Both the position numbers and the translations under genes were made by a program. Shown piece by piece: positions 28,858-39,281 of a DNA stretch of 64,000 nt. Position 1 is the first letter of the stretch, and every line of letters starts with the position of its first letter. Source of the DNA: a virus (lineage: Duplodnaviria > Caudoviricetes); IMG/VR virus record IMGVR_UViG_3300010346_000241, positions 96,001 to 160,000 of that record; one strand, 5' to 3'. The notes beneath the pieces were generated by a model. It was given only the letters and a program-made list of their open reading frames with translations, was not told the DNA's origin and ran no database searches.

Positions 28858-31203
28858 TTACTGAAGGAACGCGTTTGGGTTCTTTCTGAACTCTTCTATA
28901 GGGATGATACGGATGAATGCTCCTTTAGCGTTATACTTAACTGCTGTAGCCACCTTGCTACTAGTATAACTCATAAAAGGAACCAGCAGAATGTCGGTGT
29001 TCTTAGTAACCGAACCTTCTGAACAATCATGACCAGCCTTGTTGAGAGCCATCATCATGTCGACGTCTCTACAACCAGTGAATCTGATCACTTTACGATT
29101 TGTGTTGTTCATATCTCCACCTATTATAAGATTAGGGAGATTCCTAATAGCTACGAGATCTTCCATGAAAAGTGCTCTCTCCTCAAGGACGGTCTGTATT
29201 GTCTTATCTCCTATCTTATTAGGCAACGATTGCATCTTAACAGACAACGTCATATTGTCGAGACATATAAGATCATCCAATGTGACCTTCCTAAGTATCG
29301 CCTTCCATTTCGTTGACGCTAAGTTACTGAAACCAAGACTTCCAAGCACCATATAGTCGAACTTATTGTCGTTCAGGAACGTAGATAATTGATCTATGAA
29401 CTTCTGACCGTCAGCAGCTCCAAGTGCTTTGATTACTCTTTCTTTCGTCATACCATTTACAAGGTCATTGAATCCTCTGAGCTTGAGAACCTTAACAGAC
29501 TCTTCAGCGAATCCTTTGAAACCGAGTTTGGCTATCATATCTGTTACCCTGGCTAAAGCTCTTCCAGGGCATGCGAGATTCACACATCTAGCGTTCTTGT
29601 CAGAGAACTCTAATGGTGTACCACAACATGGACAGTTCTTTGGGAACTCTTCCATTGGCATTGGGTTATATTGATTCTCTACAACATTGGCCTTCTCGAT
29701 GTATACCATGACATCGTTTCTGAACTCTGCTTGTAAGATATCACCCTTACGAAGACCAAGCTCATAGAAACGCTTCCATGAATGTCCAGAAGACTTAGTG
29801 TTGATTCCTCCGAAGAACTCTACTGGATTGTAGTTGATCATCGGAGTGATTGTTCCTTCTTTACCAACAGTATAGTCATACCCAATGAATTGAGTAAGCT
29901 TCTTCATGGTATTGAATTTGATCGCTATAGAGAACTGGTTTACTGAGTTCTTTCTACCAAGCTGAGCTCTTATCACAGGATCAACATAAGATACTACTAC
30001 ACCGTCATACTTGAACGGTATATCGTTTCTCATCTCTGCTGCTTCCTGTACGAACTTATATACTTGATACAGAACAGTCTGATAGTTTCCATGTATAACA
30101 GCATAACTCATATAGATACCGTTTGCATAGAACTTGTTCATGAACTCTATCTCTTCTATCCTATTCATCTTACCAAGATTCATAGTATTATCAGCCTTTG
30201 TTACACCGTCATCAGTGCTAAGACTTGTCTGAAGAGGAACGAGTGTGATATAGTGAGCATACTCACGAGCATCGGCTCTACTAGTAAGACCGATTACCGC
30301 ATTACGAGGGCTCGCATATCTTATATTATACTTTCTGTCGAGTTCCTGAAGAGCAAAGTTGTCTATTATCGCTTCAAACTTCATACCGAACTGCTCTATA
30401 GGACCGACTTTCTTAGCATACTCTTTGGCTTCCATAAACGGATAGCCCTGAAGCACTGAGGTAAGGTCTGTTGCCTTATCCAATCCAGTATCTCCTCTAG
30501 TTCTGGCAGATATTACCTCATCAGTTACATCTGCCTCTACAGAGATTCCATCATACTTAAGCTCACACACAAGAGTTATGTCGTTAGGATCGACTATACC
30601 CTCCTGTATATGCTTAGCCAGGAAGTCTCTTTCAAAGATAACCACATTAGGATTATCCCAAGCTTGTCTTTCTACTGCCTCCTGATTGAGCGTGAACTTA
30701 GCCTTATCAAGAGTTCCTACAAGCTGAGGATAGTTGTGTGCTGTGTTGCGGATACGTTTAGAAGCTTTAACTCCCTCTCCACCGAAATATGCTCTTCGAT
30801 ACGTGTTGTTGGAATAGATATCGTTTCTGAAGAGCATGTCATAATTGTTGTCTACCATTTGGAAGAGCGGTACTGGTCTCTGAGGAATGACGTTGTTGAT
30901 AGTCTCTCCATGAGGCTCGAAGTGTACTGGCTCTGCACCAACCTGATAGTTAGGATTGTATCCTTTATACATCTGAAGAAGGTTATCATACACTCCATCT
31001 TCCAGTACAAGGATAGATCTGTCTGTATTGTTGTAGATGATGTTACTGATATGCAGTATATCACCCACAATCTCAACCTCATGTGGTTCAAGATACTTAA
31101 GACCTAAAAACCTCACAACATGAGCGTTGATGTTCCTGATAGTTTCAGGTGTAAGATCAGAAGCATCTCCCTGAAGAAGATGCTGAATGATCTGCTTATA
31201 CAT
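28858..31203 (-). CDS. ligA: NAD-dependent DNA ligase
   Basis: ELKYDG adenylation motif, TRGD, DGVVV, AIKF, CPCCG...C...C Zn finger, C-terminal BRCT (FTG...SVTKNTDILL). Confidence 0.93.
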   Translation of the reverse strand: MYKQIIQHLLQGDASDLTPETIRNINAHVVRFLGLKYLEPHEVEIVGDILHISNIIYNNTDRSILVLEDGVYDNLLQMYKGYNPNYQVGAEPVHFEPHGETINNVIPQRPVPLFQMVDNNYDMLFRNDIYSNNTYRRAYFGGEGVKASKRIRNTAHNYPQLVGTLDKAKFTLNQEAVERQAWDNPNVVIFERDFLAKHIQEGIVDPNDITLVCELKYDGISVEADVTDEVISARTRGDTGLDKATDLTSVLQGYPFMEAKEYAKKVGPIEQFGMKFEAIIDNFALQELDRKYNIRYASPRNAVIGLTSRADAREYAHYITLVPLQTSLSTDDGVTKADNTMNLGKMNRIEEIEFMNKFYANGIYMSYAVIHGNYQTVLYQVYKFVQEAAEMRNDIPFKYDGVVVSYVDPVIRAQLGRKNSVNQFSIAIKFNTMKKLTQFIGYDYTVGKEGTITPMINYNPVEFFGGINTKSSGHSWKRFYELGLRKGDILQAEFRNDVMVYIEKANVVENQYNPMPMEEFPKNCPCCGTPLEFSDKNARCVNLACPGRALARVTDMIAKLGFKGFAEESVKVLKLRGFNDLVNGMTKERVIKALGAADGQKFIDQLSTFLNDNKFDYMVLGSLGFSNLASTKWKAILRKVTLDDLICLDNMTLSVKMQSLPNKIGDKTIQTVLEERALFMEDLVAIRNLPNLIIGGDMNNTNRKVIRFTGCRDVDMMMALNKAGHDCSEGSVTKNTDILLVPFMSYTSSKVATAVKYNAKGAFIRIIPIEEFRKNPNAFLQ

Positions 31204-31466
31204 TACTTTTCTCCTCCTTTCAACAGATTGTCGAAAATATCATCGTTGCAATCGGATCCGACTTTGTTTGCCCAATGGAACATGTAATCATACCGCTCAC
31301 CAGTGATCTGCTCATGGAGAAGATTGTGAAGAGTAGCGATTACATCAGGCACTGTGAAAACATCATCACCGACTGTGATTTTTTCATCAGAAAACATAAC
31401 ATCGGGATTTCTGAAAACATTATCGATCAACCATGAAGTGATTTCTTTAAGTTGTTCTTTTGTCAT
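31203..31466 (-). CDS. Hypothetical protein, 87 aa
   Basis: AAAGGAGG RBS; TAATG overlap with the ligase. Confidence 0.8.
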   Translation of the reverse strand: MTKEQLKEITSWLIDNVFRNPDVMFSDEKITVGDDVFTVPDVIATLHNLLHEQITGERYDYMFHWANKVGSDCNDDIFDNLLKGGEK

Positions 31467-31545
31467 GTCAAATACCTCCTTTCATAAGTTAGGTATGATG
31501 GTTTTCACCATCATACCCTTCTATATTATATGACCATTATAGACT

Positions 31546-33774
31546 TTACTCCCAAAGAGGTTTGAAGAGTAACTCCTGTTTCATTGGTTCGAAGAGCATC
31601 TTCTGAGGAACCTGCTCAAAAAGCATTTTCTGTGGTACCTGTTCGAAGAGCATCTTCTGAGGCATAATCTCAAAGAGCATCTTCTGATCTGCCATTTCAA
31701 ATACAGACTTAGTGACGATAGGTATCTTCTTAAACTTGAGTCTAAGTCCCATACCCTTCATGATAGCCTGAACCTTCTCTGCAGATCTGTTACGTGCATC
31801 CATATCGATATGAATATCTACATGGTATGGATCACCTAGAAGCATATCCATAACACTTCTTCGTGCTCTAGGTGACAGAGACATCAGCATAGCATTGATT
31901 ACTACTGTCTCTGAACTACAGTGGAGGAAGATCATTTTCTCCATCTCACCCCACTTAACTGGAGTCTTAGTGATAGCACATCTATACTCCTTAGATTCCT
32001 TACTCTTGCTATTCTCGTCCTTGATATTAGTCGAAGATGCAGAAGTAGCAGAGTGCTTTTCCTCAGCTTCCTGCTTAAGGATGTATATGAACTGTTCACC
32101 TACCGTAGATGGTTTACTAGACCATACAGTACGATAAGTTCCATCTGAGTTAGGGATAGAAACAAGGAGATGCTCCTGCTTAATGTAAGTGAACTTCTCA
32201 TAGAGCTTTCTGACCTTATCGAAGTCAACATATTCACTTATAGGAAGAAGAGAAGTATAGATTCCTTTAGGTCCTTCATTAGGATGAAGCATTGACTCTA
32301 TGAACAAGATAGCTTCCTGATCAGTATCAAAGTTATCGATTGCGGTCTTAAGGAAGTCTGCGAGATCTGGTGAAAGCTCTCTGTAGTACTGTTCAAGAAT
32401 ATCGAAGATCTCAACAGCATTGAGACAATTTGAATCAATGAAGTTAAGAATTCCTCTGCCGATACGATTGAGAGATAACTCTGAGAGCTGAGCTATATTA
32501 AGTCTGTTTACACAAGTACTCTCATCCCATATAATGTCGAGAGGAGTACCATCTGGAAGTTTTGGCATCTTCCAATCAGGCCATATGTCTGCGATAACGC
32601 CCTTACCACCGTTACGATTGGCAAGCTTATCACCTATAGATATAACATGATCACAGTACACAAGGAACTGTATTACCATATTACTAGAGATCTTACCATC
32701 TTCGATGAACTGTTTACCTTCAAGTCTACCCTTACAGGTATAGTACATCTCTTCAAGTTCGTACGATAACTTGTAGTCTTTGTTGTTGATGTAGTTAGCC
32801 ATCGCATCGACAAACTGTCTAGCGAAACGGTTCTCTTCATCATTATATGCTTTAAGCTGTCCCTCGAAGACGTTATAGAGTTCTCCCTCTTCACATCCTG
32901 GGGCTATCTGTTTGTTAGAATACACCTTAATATCTACGACTTTGCCTTCCTTAGGAACTATAGTCTCATCAGAGATCGTTATGTTTCTAAGAGACTCTCT
33001 AGATAAGGTGAATGCTGAGTTGTCTGAGTTGGCCTTTCTTATGGAGCAGAGTATACCATTCTTTGTCTCCTCTCCAAGATCAGGGAAGGCTTTATAAACA
33101 GTATCATCTCCATACAAGTTAAGAAGCACATCGTTATCATTCAACTTAACGGTTATGAGCTTTAACTCTGGAGAACTAAGCTTCTTACGGAAACCTTCTC
33201 TGATGACTACAGGGTCTTCAGTAGTTTGTGGAAGACTTGCATAAGTAGCAAGCGCATTTACACCAGCCTTATAGTTATCAAACTCATCAAAGCTGGTGCT
33301 CTTCTTATATACTTTTCCCTTAGGAATGACATCTCCTTCATTGAGAGAATCAAGATATTCATTGTTCCAAAGGAAACCGAATGTTTCGGTGTTGTGCTGA
33401 CAAACAGTACGAGTCACCATATTGAGCTCGTTACGTTCGTTTCTGATGATAAGATAGTACTCATGATCTGGATACATAGAGTATCTACTTATCTTAGCTA
33501 TTACTTCTTGTGAGTCTTCTGATCTTATAAACGCAGAAGACATGTGTCCATATCTGTTTTCTACTCCAGTACCAACAAGAGGAACTTCTGATTCCTTAGG
33601 ACACTTAGCTTGCTTCTTTTGGTTGGAGTGCATTATCTTTCGTGATGATGAATTCAGAGACTCACATGGCTGGAGTCCTGAACGACCAAGCATGAGATCT
33701 ATCTGATCCTGGCTGAATGTGGCATGTACCTCTGCAAATGCTCGGTCAAATTTTGGGTTCTGTTCCATTTTCAT
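31546..33774 (-). CDS. Non-virion RNA polymerase beta subunit, C-terminal part (AR9 gp089 / phiKZ gp71-73-like)
   Basis: GDKLANRNGGKGV, PDGTPLDII, NRLNIAQ, EKHSA, KWGEME. Confidence 0.88.
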   Translation of the reverse strand: MKMEQNPKFDRAFAEVHATFSQDQIDLMLGRSGLQPCESLNSSSRKIMHSNQKKQAKCPKESEVPLVGTGVENRYGHMSSAFIRSEDSQEVIAKISRYSMYPDHEYYLIIRNERNELNMVTRTVCQHNTETFGFLWNNEYLDSLNEGDVIPKGKVYKKSTSFDEFDNYKAGVNALATYASLPQTTEDPVVIREGFRKKLSSPELKLITVKLNDNDVLLNLYGDDTVYKAFPDLGEETKNGILCSIRKANSDNSAFTLSRESLRNITISDETIVPKEGKVVDIKVYSNKQIAPGCEEGELYNVFEGQLKAYNDEENRFARQFVDAMANYINNKDYKLSYELEEMYYTCKGRLEGKQFIEDGKISSNMVIQFLVYCDHVISIGDKLANRNGGKGVIADIWPDWKMPKLPDGTPLDIIWDESTCVNRLNIAQLSELSLNRIGRGILNFIDSNCLNAVEIFDILEQYYRELSPDLADFLKTAIDNFDTDQEAILFIESMLHPNEGPKGIYTSLLPISEYVDFDKVRKLYEKFTYIKQEHLLVSIPNSDGTYRTVWSSKPSTVGEQFIYILKQEAEEKHSATSASSTNIKDENSKSKESKEYRCAITKTPVKWGEMEKMIFLHCSSETVVINAMLMSLSPRARRSVMDMLLGDPYHVDIHIDMDARNRSAEKVQAIMKGMGLRLKFKKIPIVTKSVFEMADQKMLFEIMPQKMLFEQVPQKMLFEQVPQKMLFEPMKQELLFKPLWE
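31561..31710 (-). repeat. 27-bp (9-aa) tandem repeat QKMLFE x4 plus QELLF at the RNAP beta C-terminus
   Basis: Direct translation; copies differ at synonymous positions. Confidence 0.9.
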
Positions 33775-33853
33775 GGTGTGATCCTCCTTTGAAGATACAG
33801 ATTAGAGAGAGTGTGGGCTCTCTCCAATCCATAGTATATAACAACTCTCTGGT

Positions 33854-35113
33854 TTATGCTACGATATCTTCTTCTCTACTATTGAGTTTCATGTAGAGCT
33901 CCTGAGTGATGCCAGTAGCCTTAATGAACTCCTCGTCAGTAGCATTATCCATTCTATGGAGCATATTGTGGAGAACCTTGGTACAAGTGTCTAGGAAGAC
34001 ATTCTTGAACTCCTCGTTCTCAAAGAGTTTCTTCTTGAAGTTCTTCTGAGCGAACTTAACGTCCTGATAGCCGTCGATGTAAAGGTAAGCACCTGCACCC
34101 TTAATGAAACCATTGTCATTGAGCATATTGTAGAGTGTGAGGATTACATCAAAGCCGATGTCCTGATTGAAGATCATATCTGTACTTGCACCTGCACGGT
34201 TAGTGCGAGACTTAACCATAGTGATCAGTACGTGATTACCAGAAATACCAAGACCCTTATCTTCAGTAAGCTTGGTGTTATCATCAAGTCTGAAGATATT
34301 GTTTGCGATATAGAACGGAGTTACACCGCCAGGACAAGTCTCATCCTGCTTAAGATAGATATTCTGACCCTTAGAATGAGTGAATGCATTGATCTCAATC
34401 TTCTGGGTGATATGGTTAACGATGAAGACGATGATATTAGCTGCCTTACAGAGAGGAACTATTCTTCTCATTGTAGTAGCTATCATCTTAGCAGCTGCTG
34501 TAGTAGACATCTGACCACTAAGCTCTTCTTCCTGAGTCATTTTCTCAGGCATCAGCATAGCCAGTGAGTCAAGGATATACACTGTTGGCTGCATCTTGTA
34601 GATACGGTTACCTCTACTGTCAAACTTGCCAGTATCATAGGTAAATTCATCTGCATGCTCTGTCTTCTTGTCATAGATGATCTTGATAGACTTATAGAAA
34701 GTCTCAGTGCTGATACCTGCATTACGAACGATCATCTTTGTGTTAAGCTCATCAGGTGTCATGCCTGTAAGGATCTCATCACGACGACGTGTGATACCGC
34801 CCTCGATACTATCCTCGAAGATAGCTCCCTTATCGAAGCCTCTGATTATATTGCCTGCGGCCTGCTTGATGAATGTGGACTTACCACATCCTGAACGACC
34901 GATTACCATATTGATTGAGCCGTCTACGATGCCTACGCTATCGTACTCGAACTCTATACCTCTATTATTGTCAGTCACTCTGATGATCTGACCATTGAGG
35001 TAGTCAACGTTTGGGAAGCCAGTGCTGTACTGAACGTCAAACACTGCCTCAGTTTTCATGCCATAGTCCTTGGAATCCTTAACTGCATTCCTGAACATTT
35101 CTGTTAGTAACAT
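33854..35113 (-). CDS. uvsX: UvsX/RecA-like recombinase
   Basis: STGFPNVDYLNG, GRSGCGKST, YILDSLA, VNHI, VKSR, KGAGAYL. Confidence 0.85.
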   Translation of the reverse strand: MLLTEMFRNAVKDSKDYGMKTEAVFDVQYSTGFPNVDYLNGQIIRVTDNNRGIEFEYDSVGIVDGSINMVIGRSGCGKSTFIKQAAGNIIRGFDKGAIFEDSIEGGITRRRDEILTGMTPDELNTKMIVRNAGISTETFYKSIKIIYDKKTEHADEFTYDTGKFDSRGNRIYKMQPTVYILDSLAMLMPEKMTQEEELSGQMSTTAAAKMIATTMRRIVPLCKAANIIVFIVNHITQKIEINAFTHSKGQNIYLKQDETCPGGVTPFYIANNIFRLDDNTKLTEDKGLGISGNHVLITMVKSRTNRAGASTDMIFNQDIGFDVILTLYNMLNDNGFIKGAGAYLYIDGYQDVKFAQKNFKKKLFENEEFKNVFLDTCTKVLHNMLHRMDNATDEEFIKATGITQELYMKLNSREEDIVA

Positions 35114-35241
35114 AACTATTCCTCCTTGATTGGATCGATTATGAACACTCTTAGGTGTTCCTGTATTGAATAGTTTTGAGAACTATAAAGTCTTACAACG
35201 GGTAGAATTAGAGGGTGGAGTTAACCACCCTCACATTCTTT

Positions 35242-36579
35242 TTACTTGATTCCCTCTTCAGTGAACTCTGTAAGGTGCTTGCTAGTACCCATAGAGTGCT
35301 TAGGGTTTGAACGTGTCTTTCCGTCAGAAGTAAGAGGATTAGTCTTTACTTCTTCATCTGCCACCTTGCTAGTTGTGTCCTGAACATTCTCAGGCGCTGA
35401 GTGCTTCGACGTTCCGAGTCTGACACCCGACTTCCTCTTGTTGCGAGATAAGACTGCGCTAGCTTCATCGCTAGAAGCTGTTGCGAAGGAGTCAAGAAAT
35501 GAATCATCCCTTTCAACCTTCTTCTCCAGCTGAGCATTAGTCTCAAGCTTACCAAGAGTATCGAAGAAGTCATCCTCTGCAGCGTTCATCTGGTTGGTAG
35601 ACTTCTCGAACTTATCGTACATACTCATCAGCTCAGCCTTAGGCATGTTGATACCTGAAGCGATGACTCTGATGAAACTCTTCTGCTTAGGATTGTACTG
35701 TCTGTGGATGAAGAACTCCTGGAAGCCATTCCAACAGAGCTTCTTCTTGATGATAGAGAACGAAGTGTCGAGTACTTCTATAGTCTCCTCAGGTATGTTC
35801 ATGTAGATACCTACCTTAGTAGCAGAAGGCTCGAAGTCGAGTGAAGTAGTATTGTCGATCATATCGCCAACAAGCTTGTTGAACTGGTCAGCATTCTTGA
35901 TACGGTCTGACACTTCAACTTCACCAGCGAAGACTACACCAGGATTGGTGATAATCTTATAGTGATCAGTATCATCAATGTTCTGCTCGCAGTCTATAAG
36001 ACCCTGAGCTCCGATGATAGAGAGTGTCTTAGAGATATCCTCATTAGCAAGCTTCTCTGCAACGAAGATATTGCCGTTAGCTTCATTGAGGAAACGTCTG
36101 TTTGATACAGTGATGATTCCACAGTTAGCACCCTTAAGGTCTCTGAAGTAGTTGATTGTGTTCTGAAGACCTCTTACATCAGACTCGAAGCCTGTGATCA
36201 GTGTAATGATAACAGGAAGCTGCATAGAGTTACTGATGTACTGAGCAAGTACTACAGAAGAGCCGCTACCAGAAGCACCCTCTGAAGTAGTGATGATATT
36301 TACATAGTCTGTATATTCGGGGATAAGTTCCTCGAGATAGTTTGGGTTAACCTTGATAAAGTCGTTCATCAACGCACGCGCTGCGTCTCTTACTTTACCG
36401 CAACCTGCGTCAGGATCGTCTGAGATGATGATAGCAGTAGGTCTGTACTCTGAAGGGACATCTTTGATCGTAGAGTTAACTACGACACATCTGTTCTTAT
36501 CAAGTACACCATTGTCAATGGCTGCAATCATTGCCTTTGTAGCACCCTGACCACAACCGAATGTGAATGATCTAAGCAT
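35242..36579 (-). CDS. Tubulin/FtsZ-family GTPase (PhuZ/TubZ-like)
   Basis: FGCGQGATK, VNST, AGCGK, divergent signature EGASGSG, NIDDTD T7 loop, long disordered tail. Confidence 0.85.
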   Translation of the reverse strand: MLRSFTFGCGQGATKAMIAAIDNGVLDKNRCVVVNSTIKDVPSEYRPTAIIISDDPDAGCGKVRDAARALMNDFIKVNPNYLEELIPEYTDYVNIITTSEGASGSGSSVVLAQYISNSMQLPVIITLITGFESDVRGLQNTINYFRDLKGANCGIITVSNRRFLNEANGNIFVAEKLANEDISKTLSIIGAQGLIDCEQNIDDTDHYKIITNPGVVFAGEVEVSDRIKNADQFNKLVGDMIDNTTSLDFEPSATKVGIYMNIPEETIEVLDTSFSIIKKKLCWNGFQEFFIHRQYNPKQKSFIRVIASGINMPKAELMSMYDKFEKSTNQMNAAEDDFFDTLGKLETNAQLEKKVERDDSFLDSFATASSDEASAVLSRNKRKSGVRLGTSKHSAPENVQDTTSKVADEEVKTNPLTSDGKTRSNPKHSMGTSKHLTEFTEEGIK

Positions 36580-36603
36580 GGGGTCGATCCTCCTTTAGGA
36601 TTA

Positions 36604-36741
36604 TTATTCGTTGTCCTTCTTCTTGGACTCTTTATCAGCTTCAGTAGCCTTAGAGTCCTGTTCGTTGAGCGGGGTGAAACCAAGCTGAGCTCCTACATAG
36701 CCCTGCTCATTGATTACTCCGTAGTTGTTCTTATCGTCCAT
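36604..36741 (-). CDS. 45-aa peptide upstream of the tubulin (MDDKNNYGVINEQGYVGAQLGFTPLNEQDSKATEADKESKKKDNE)
   Basis: Manually translated; GAAGGAGGTG RBS; AACC-atacag-TA promoter at 36771-36782. Confidence 0.7.
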   Translation of the reverse strand: MDDKNNYGVINEQGYVGAQLGFTPLNEQDSKATEADKESKKKDNE

Positions 36742-36901
36742 AATAGCACCTCCTTCGGCACAATAGTGATTACTGTATGGTTTGCAGATTGTTTCGATAA
36801 AATATAGATGGGTTACATACTATTAAGATGTATATACAACGGCCACTTATAACCACTTCTTGGCTGATGTGTATAAATCTTATATGAAAGGAGGAGCATA
36901 T

Positions 36902-37654
36902 ATGCTTATAAACATGATGAATGATCTCATCTTTTATGACGATGACAACCTCGTCAGACAGGAATTCTCTAAGGAAGTTTGGGAACTTACCGAAGAGATA
37001 CAGAATGAAAAGAATCGTCTGACAGATTCTTTAGAACCAAGTATGATTCCAAAGGATATTCAGTCGATGCTTTCGTCCGTAAACTGGACGAGAACCCAGG
37101 CAATCAAGAACCTTATCTGGAACCCTTATCAGTATGAACCACTAACTGCAATAAGTAGCGGTAACCTGCTTTATAAGGGTAAGTACAGGATAAGAATATC
37201 CTTCATCCCACTCCCAAACAGAGCGGAAAGGATAAAACAGTTCAAGGATGGAGACCTATTTGGTGATATCCTTGTAACAGATATGGTGCGTATAGAGTTC
37301 TATACAGCAAAAGCACCAAAGAATACAAAGAGAGACCTTCCTATATGGAAGTGCATTACACCTCTTTGTATAAGTCATATAGACAGCACAACCAACGGTA
37401 CATGGAGCTGTTTTATGTATGACGAAACTGGAGCGAAAGCTTACGAGTCGCTCCGAAGCAGTACAAAGGCAATATTGGAATCGCCAGATGTGATAGATTT
37501 TAGTATCATGTCGATGATTCTGAATATTACAGATGCTTATAAAGTAAAATGCATAAACGCAGGTGTCGAATATGGTGAATGTGAACTGATCGTCAATGAA
37601 GACGGCACAATCGAATGTAAAAGAAAGAATGACTCTAATGTAGAGTCTGAATAA
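36902..37654 (+). CDS. Hypothetical protein
   Basis: AAAGGAGG before ATG 36902; CATACTAT motif upstream. Confidence 0.8.
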   Translation: MLINMMNDLIFYDDDNLVRQEFSKEVWELTEEIQNEKNRLTDSLEPSMIPKDIQSMLSSVNWTRTQAIKNLIWNPYQYEPLTAISSGNLLYKGKYRIRISFIPLPNRAERIKQFKDGDLFGDILVTDMVRIEFYTAKAPKNTKRDLPIWKCITPLCISHIDSTTNGTWSCFMYDETGAKAYESLRSSTKAILESPDVIDFSIMSMILNITDAYKVKCINAGVEYGECELIVNEDGTIECKRKNDSNVESE

Positions 37655-37673
37655 TGAAAGGACGTATAATATC

Positions 37674-37814
37674 ATGAACAAGGACTATATGAGTGAAACC
37701 ATTGAATCTTCTAAAGCGTTCGATGAAAAGTTTGGTATCTGGAACTTCAATGAATATGATAGTACTGAGCTATTTGTGATGCAAGTAATTCGTAATGCAT
37801 ATCAAATAGACTAG
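37674..37814 (+). CDS. Small hypothetical protein, 46 aa
   Basis: Manually translated (MNKDYMSETIESSK...AYQID); AAAGGA upstream; hairpin follows. Confidence 0.5.
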   Translation: MNKDYMSETIESSKAFDEKFGIWNFNEYDSTELFVMQVIRNAYQID

Positions 37815-37863
37815 GATATCGAAGCTGTAATAACCCCACCCCGCGAAGGGGTGGGGCATTCTC

Positions 37864-38583
37864 TTACTTCTCGATTCTTTTCTTTTTCATTGACAGAGTG
37901 TATGGAGTCATATAGTCCTCTTCCAACAGGTTTGTCATTATAAAACTTCCTATCAAGAAGACATCTGTTGTAGTTCTAGCTACCTGTGCAGTCTTAGGAC
38001 TCTCTAAGTCCTTCAATGATACTTGACCAGTAGTATTGATCATTGTATACATCTTGTTCTTAGCTTCCATATCATCTGCCTTAGCTCTGGTAACTTCTTT
38101 GATAGTATCATCGAGTCCTTGAAGTACCAAACTCTCAAGCTCTCTGTCACTCTCGATACCCTTACTGTTACCTACGATCTGTCCAGTCTTAGGGTTACGA
38201 GTATCGATGTTTGTGTTATAACCACTCTTCTTAGTGGCGAACTGTTTGAGCTTAGGAATGTTAAGATAGCATATGAAGGCTTCATACTCTCCTCCTACAG
38301 CAACACCATCTTTGTTCTCGTAGAGTTGAGGATTCTTTACCTTCTCCATCAGTGGTACGTTTATAGCCTTGAGTCCATTAAGACACTTCTCTGGGGTAAG
38401 TTCCCTTTCGAAGGCAGAAGTTTGTAATCTAAGGGGAAGTCTTCTCTTACAGAAGTTAAGGAACTGCTCATCTGTCATTCCAGCGAACAGTTGTTTATAG
38501 AAGTCTGAGTTAGCATGAGTAGGATCTATAGCATCAAATGCCTTATAGATCAAAAGTTCAGCTTTCTTACGGTTAGCATTCAT
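37864..38583 (-). CDS. Virion RNAP beta C-terminal fragment (phiKZ gp176 / SPN3US gp244-like)
   Basis: TGQIVGNSKGIESDRELESLVLQG corresponds to the beta GxRxGEME region missing from 10368-15668; late promoter at 38614-38625. Confidence 0.7.
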   Translation of the reverse strand: MNANRKKAELLIYKAFDAIDPTHANSDFYKQLFAGMTDEQFLNFCKRRLPLRLQTSAFERELTPEKCLNGLKAINVPLMEKVKNPQLYENKDGVAVGGEYEAFICYLNIPKLKQFATKKSGYNTNIDTRNPKTGQIVGNSKGIESDRELESLVLQGLDDTIKEVTRAKADDMEAKNKMYTMINTTGQVSLKDLESPKTAQVARTTTDVFLIGSFIMTNLLEEDYMTPYTLSMKKKRIEK

Positions 38584-39020
38584 AGTCTATGTTCCTCCTT
38601 ATAGAGTGTGTATTATAGGATTGTTAAAGTAAGACGATTCGACTATATATTCTAATAGTGTAAGTGGTTAAGGGCATAAGCCCAAGTGATTTTTAAGCCA
38701 TTTACACTGGATGTAAAATCTATATGACTCTATAGGAGAATGAGTCTTCATGCATTCAGGAAGAAAGGGTGTACCCTGATAGGGTGTCTCCAAATGGGAC
38801 CACATTGCTCAGCTCGTCCTTCGGTCAAAGGTGCAGCACCTACTGAGTATAGAATATGAACGCTAACATGAGGAAAAGAATGTGGACACAAGGATACAGA
38901 ACAAAAACAAACTGTTGTATTCTCGCAGCAGCATTCTTTCATTCGACACAACTTAGATGACCATACTATAAAAAAGAGTCTTCTGAGTATAGCTCTGAAG
39001 AATTAAAGACACTGATTCTC

Positions 39021-39281
39021 ATGTCCATCTACCATAGTGGTGAATTCATACCATTCAATATGGAATGCATGATTGACCACATATGTGATGACGACATCGA
39101 CATTGTTGCAAAAGGAACAAGCATACTGTATGAGCTCGAAGAGATCTGGGATGAAGAACTAGAGTGTGAGCCTACAAGACCAAACATGAACAGCAGCAGA
39201 GGTATGAGAAAACATTTGTCTTCACCTATCCTTCATCTGACGGTTACTGGTGCACCAGAGAGAAGCCTAGTAGATGCATGA
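39021..39281 (+). CDS. Hypothetical protein (possibly the 3' part of an interrupted gene)
   Basis: ORF lacks a clear RBS; in-frame TGA at 38958. Confidence 0.45.
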   Translation: MSIYHSGEFIPFNMECMIDHICDDDIDIVAKGTSILYELEEIWDEELECEPTRPNMNSSRGMRKHLSSPILHLTVTGAPERSLVDA

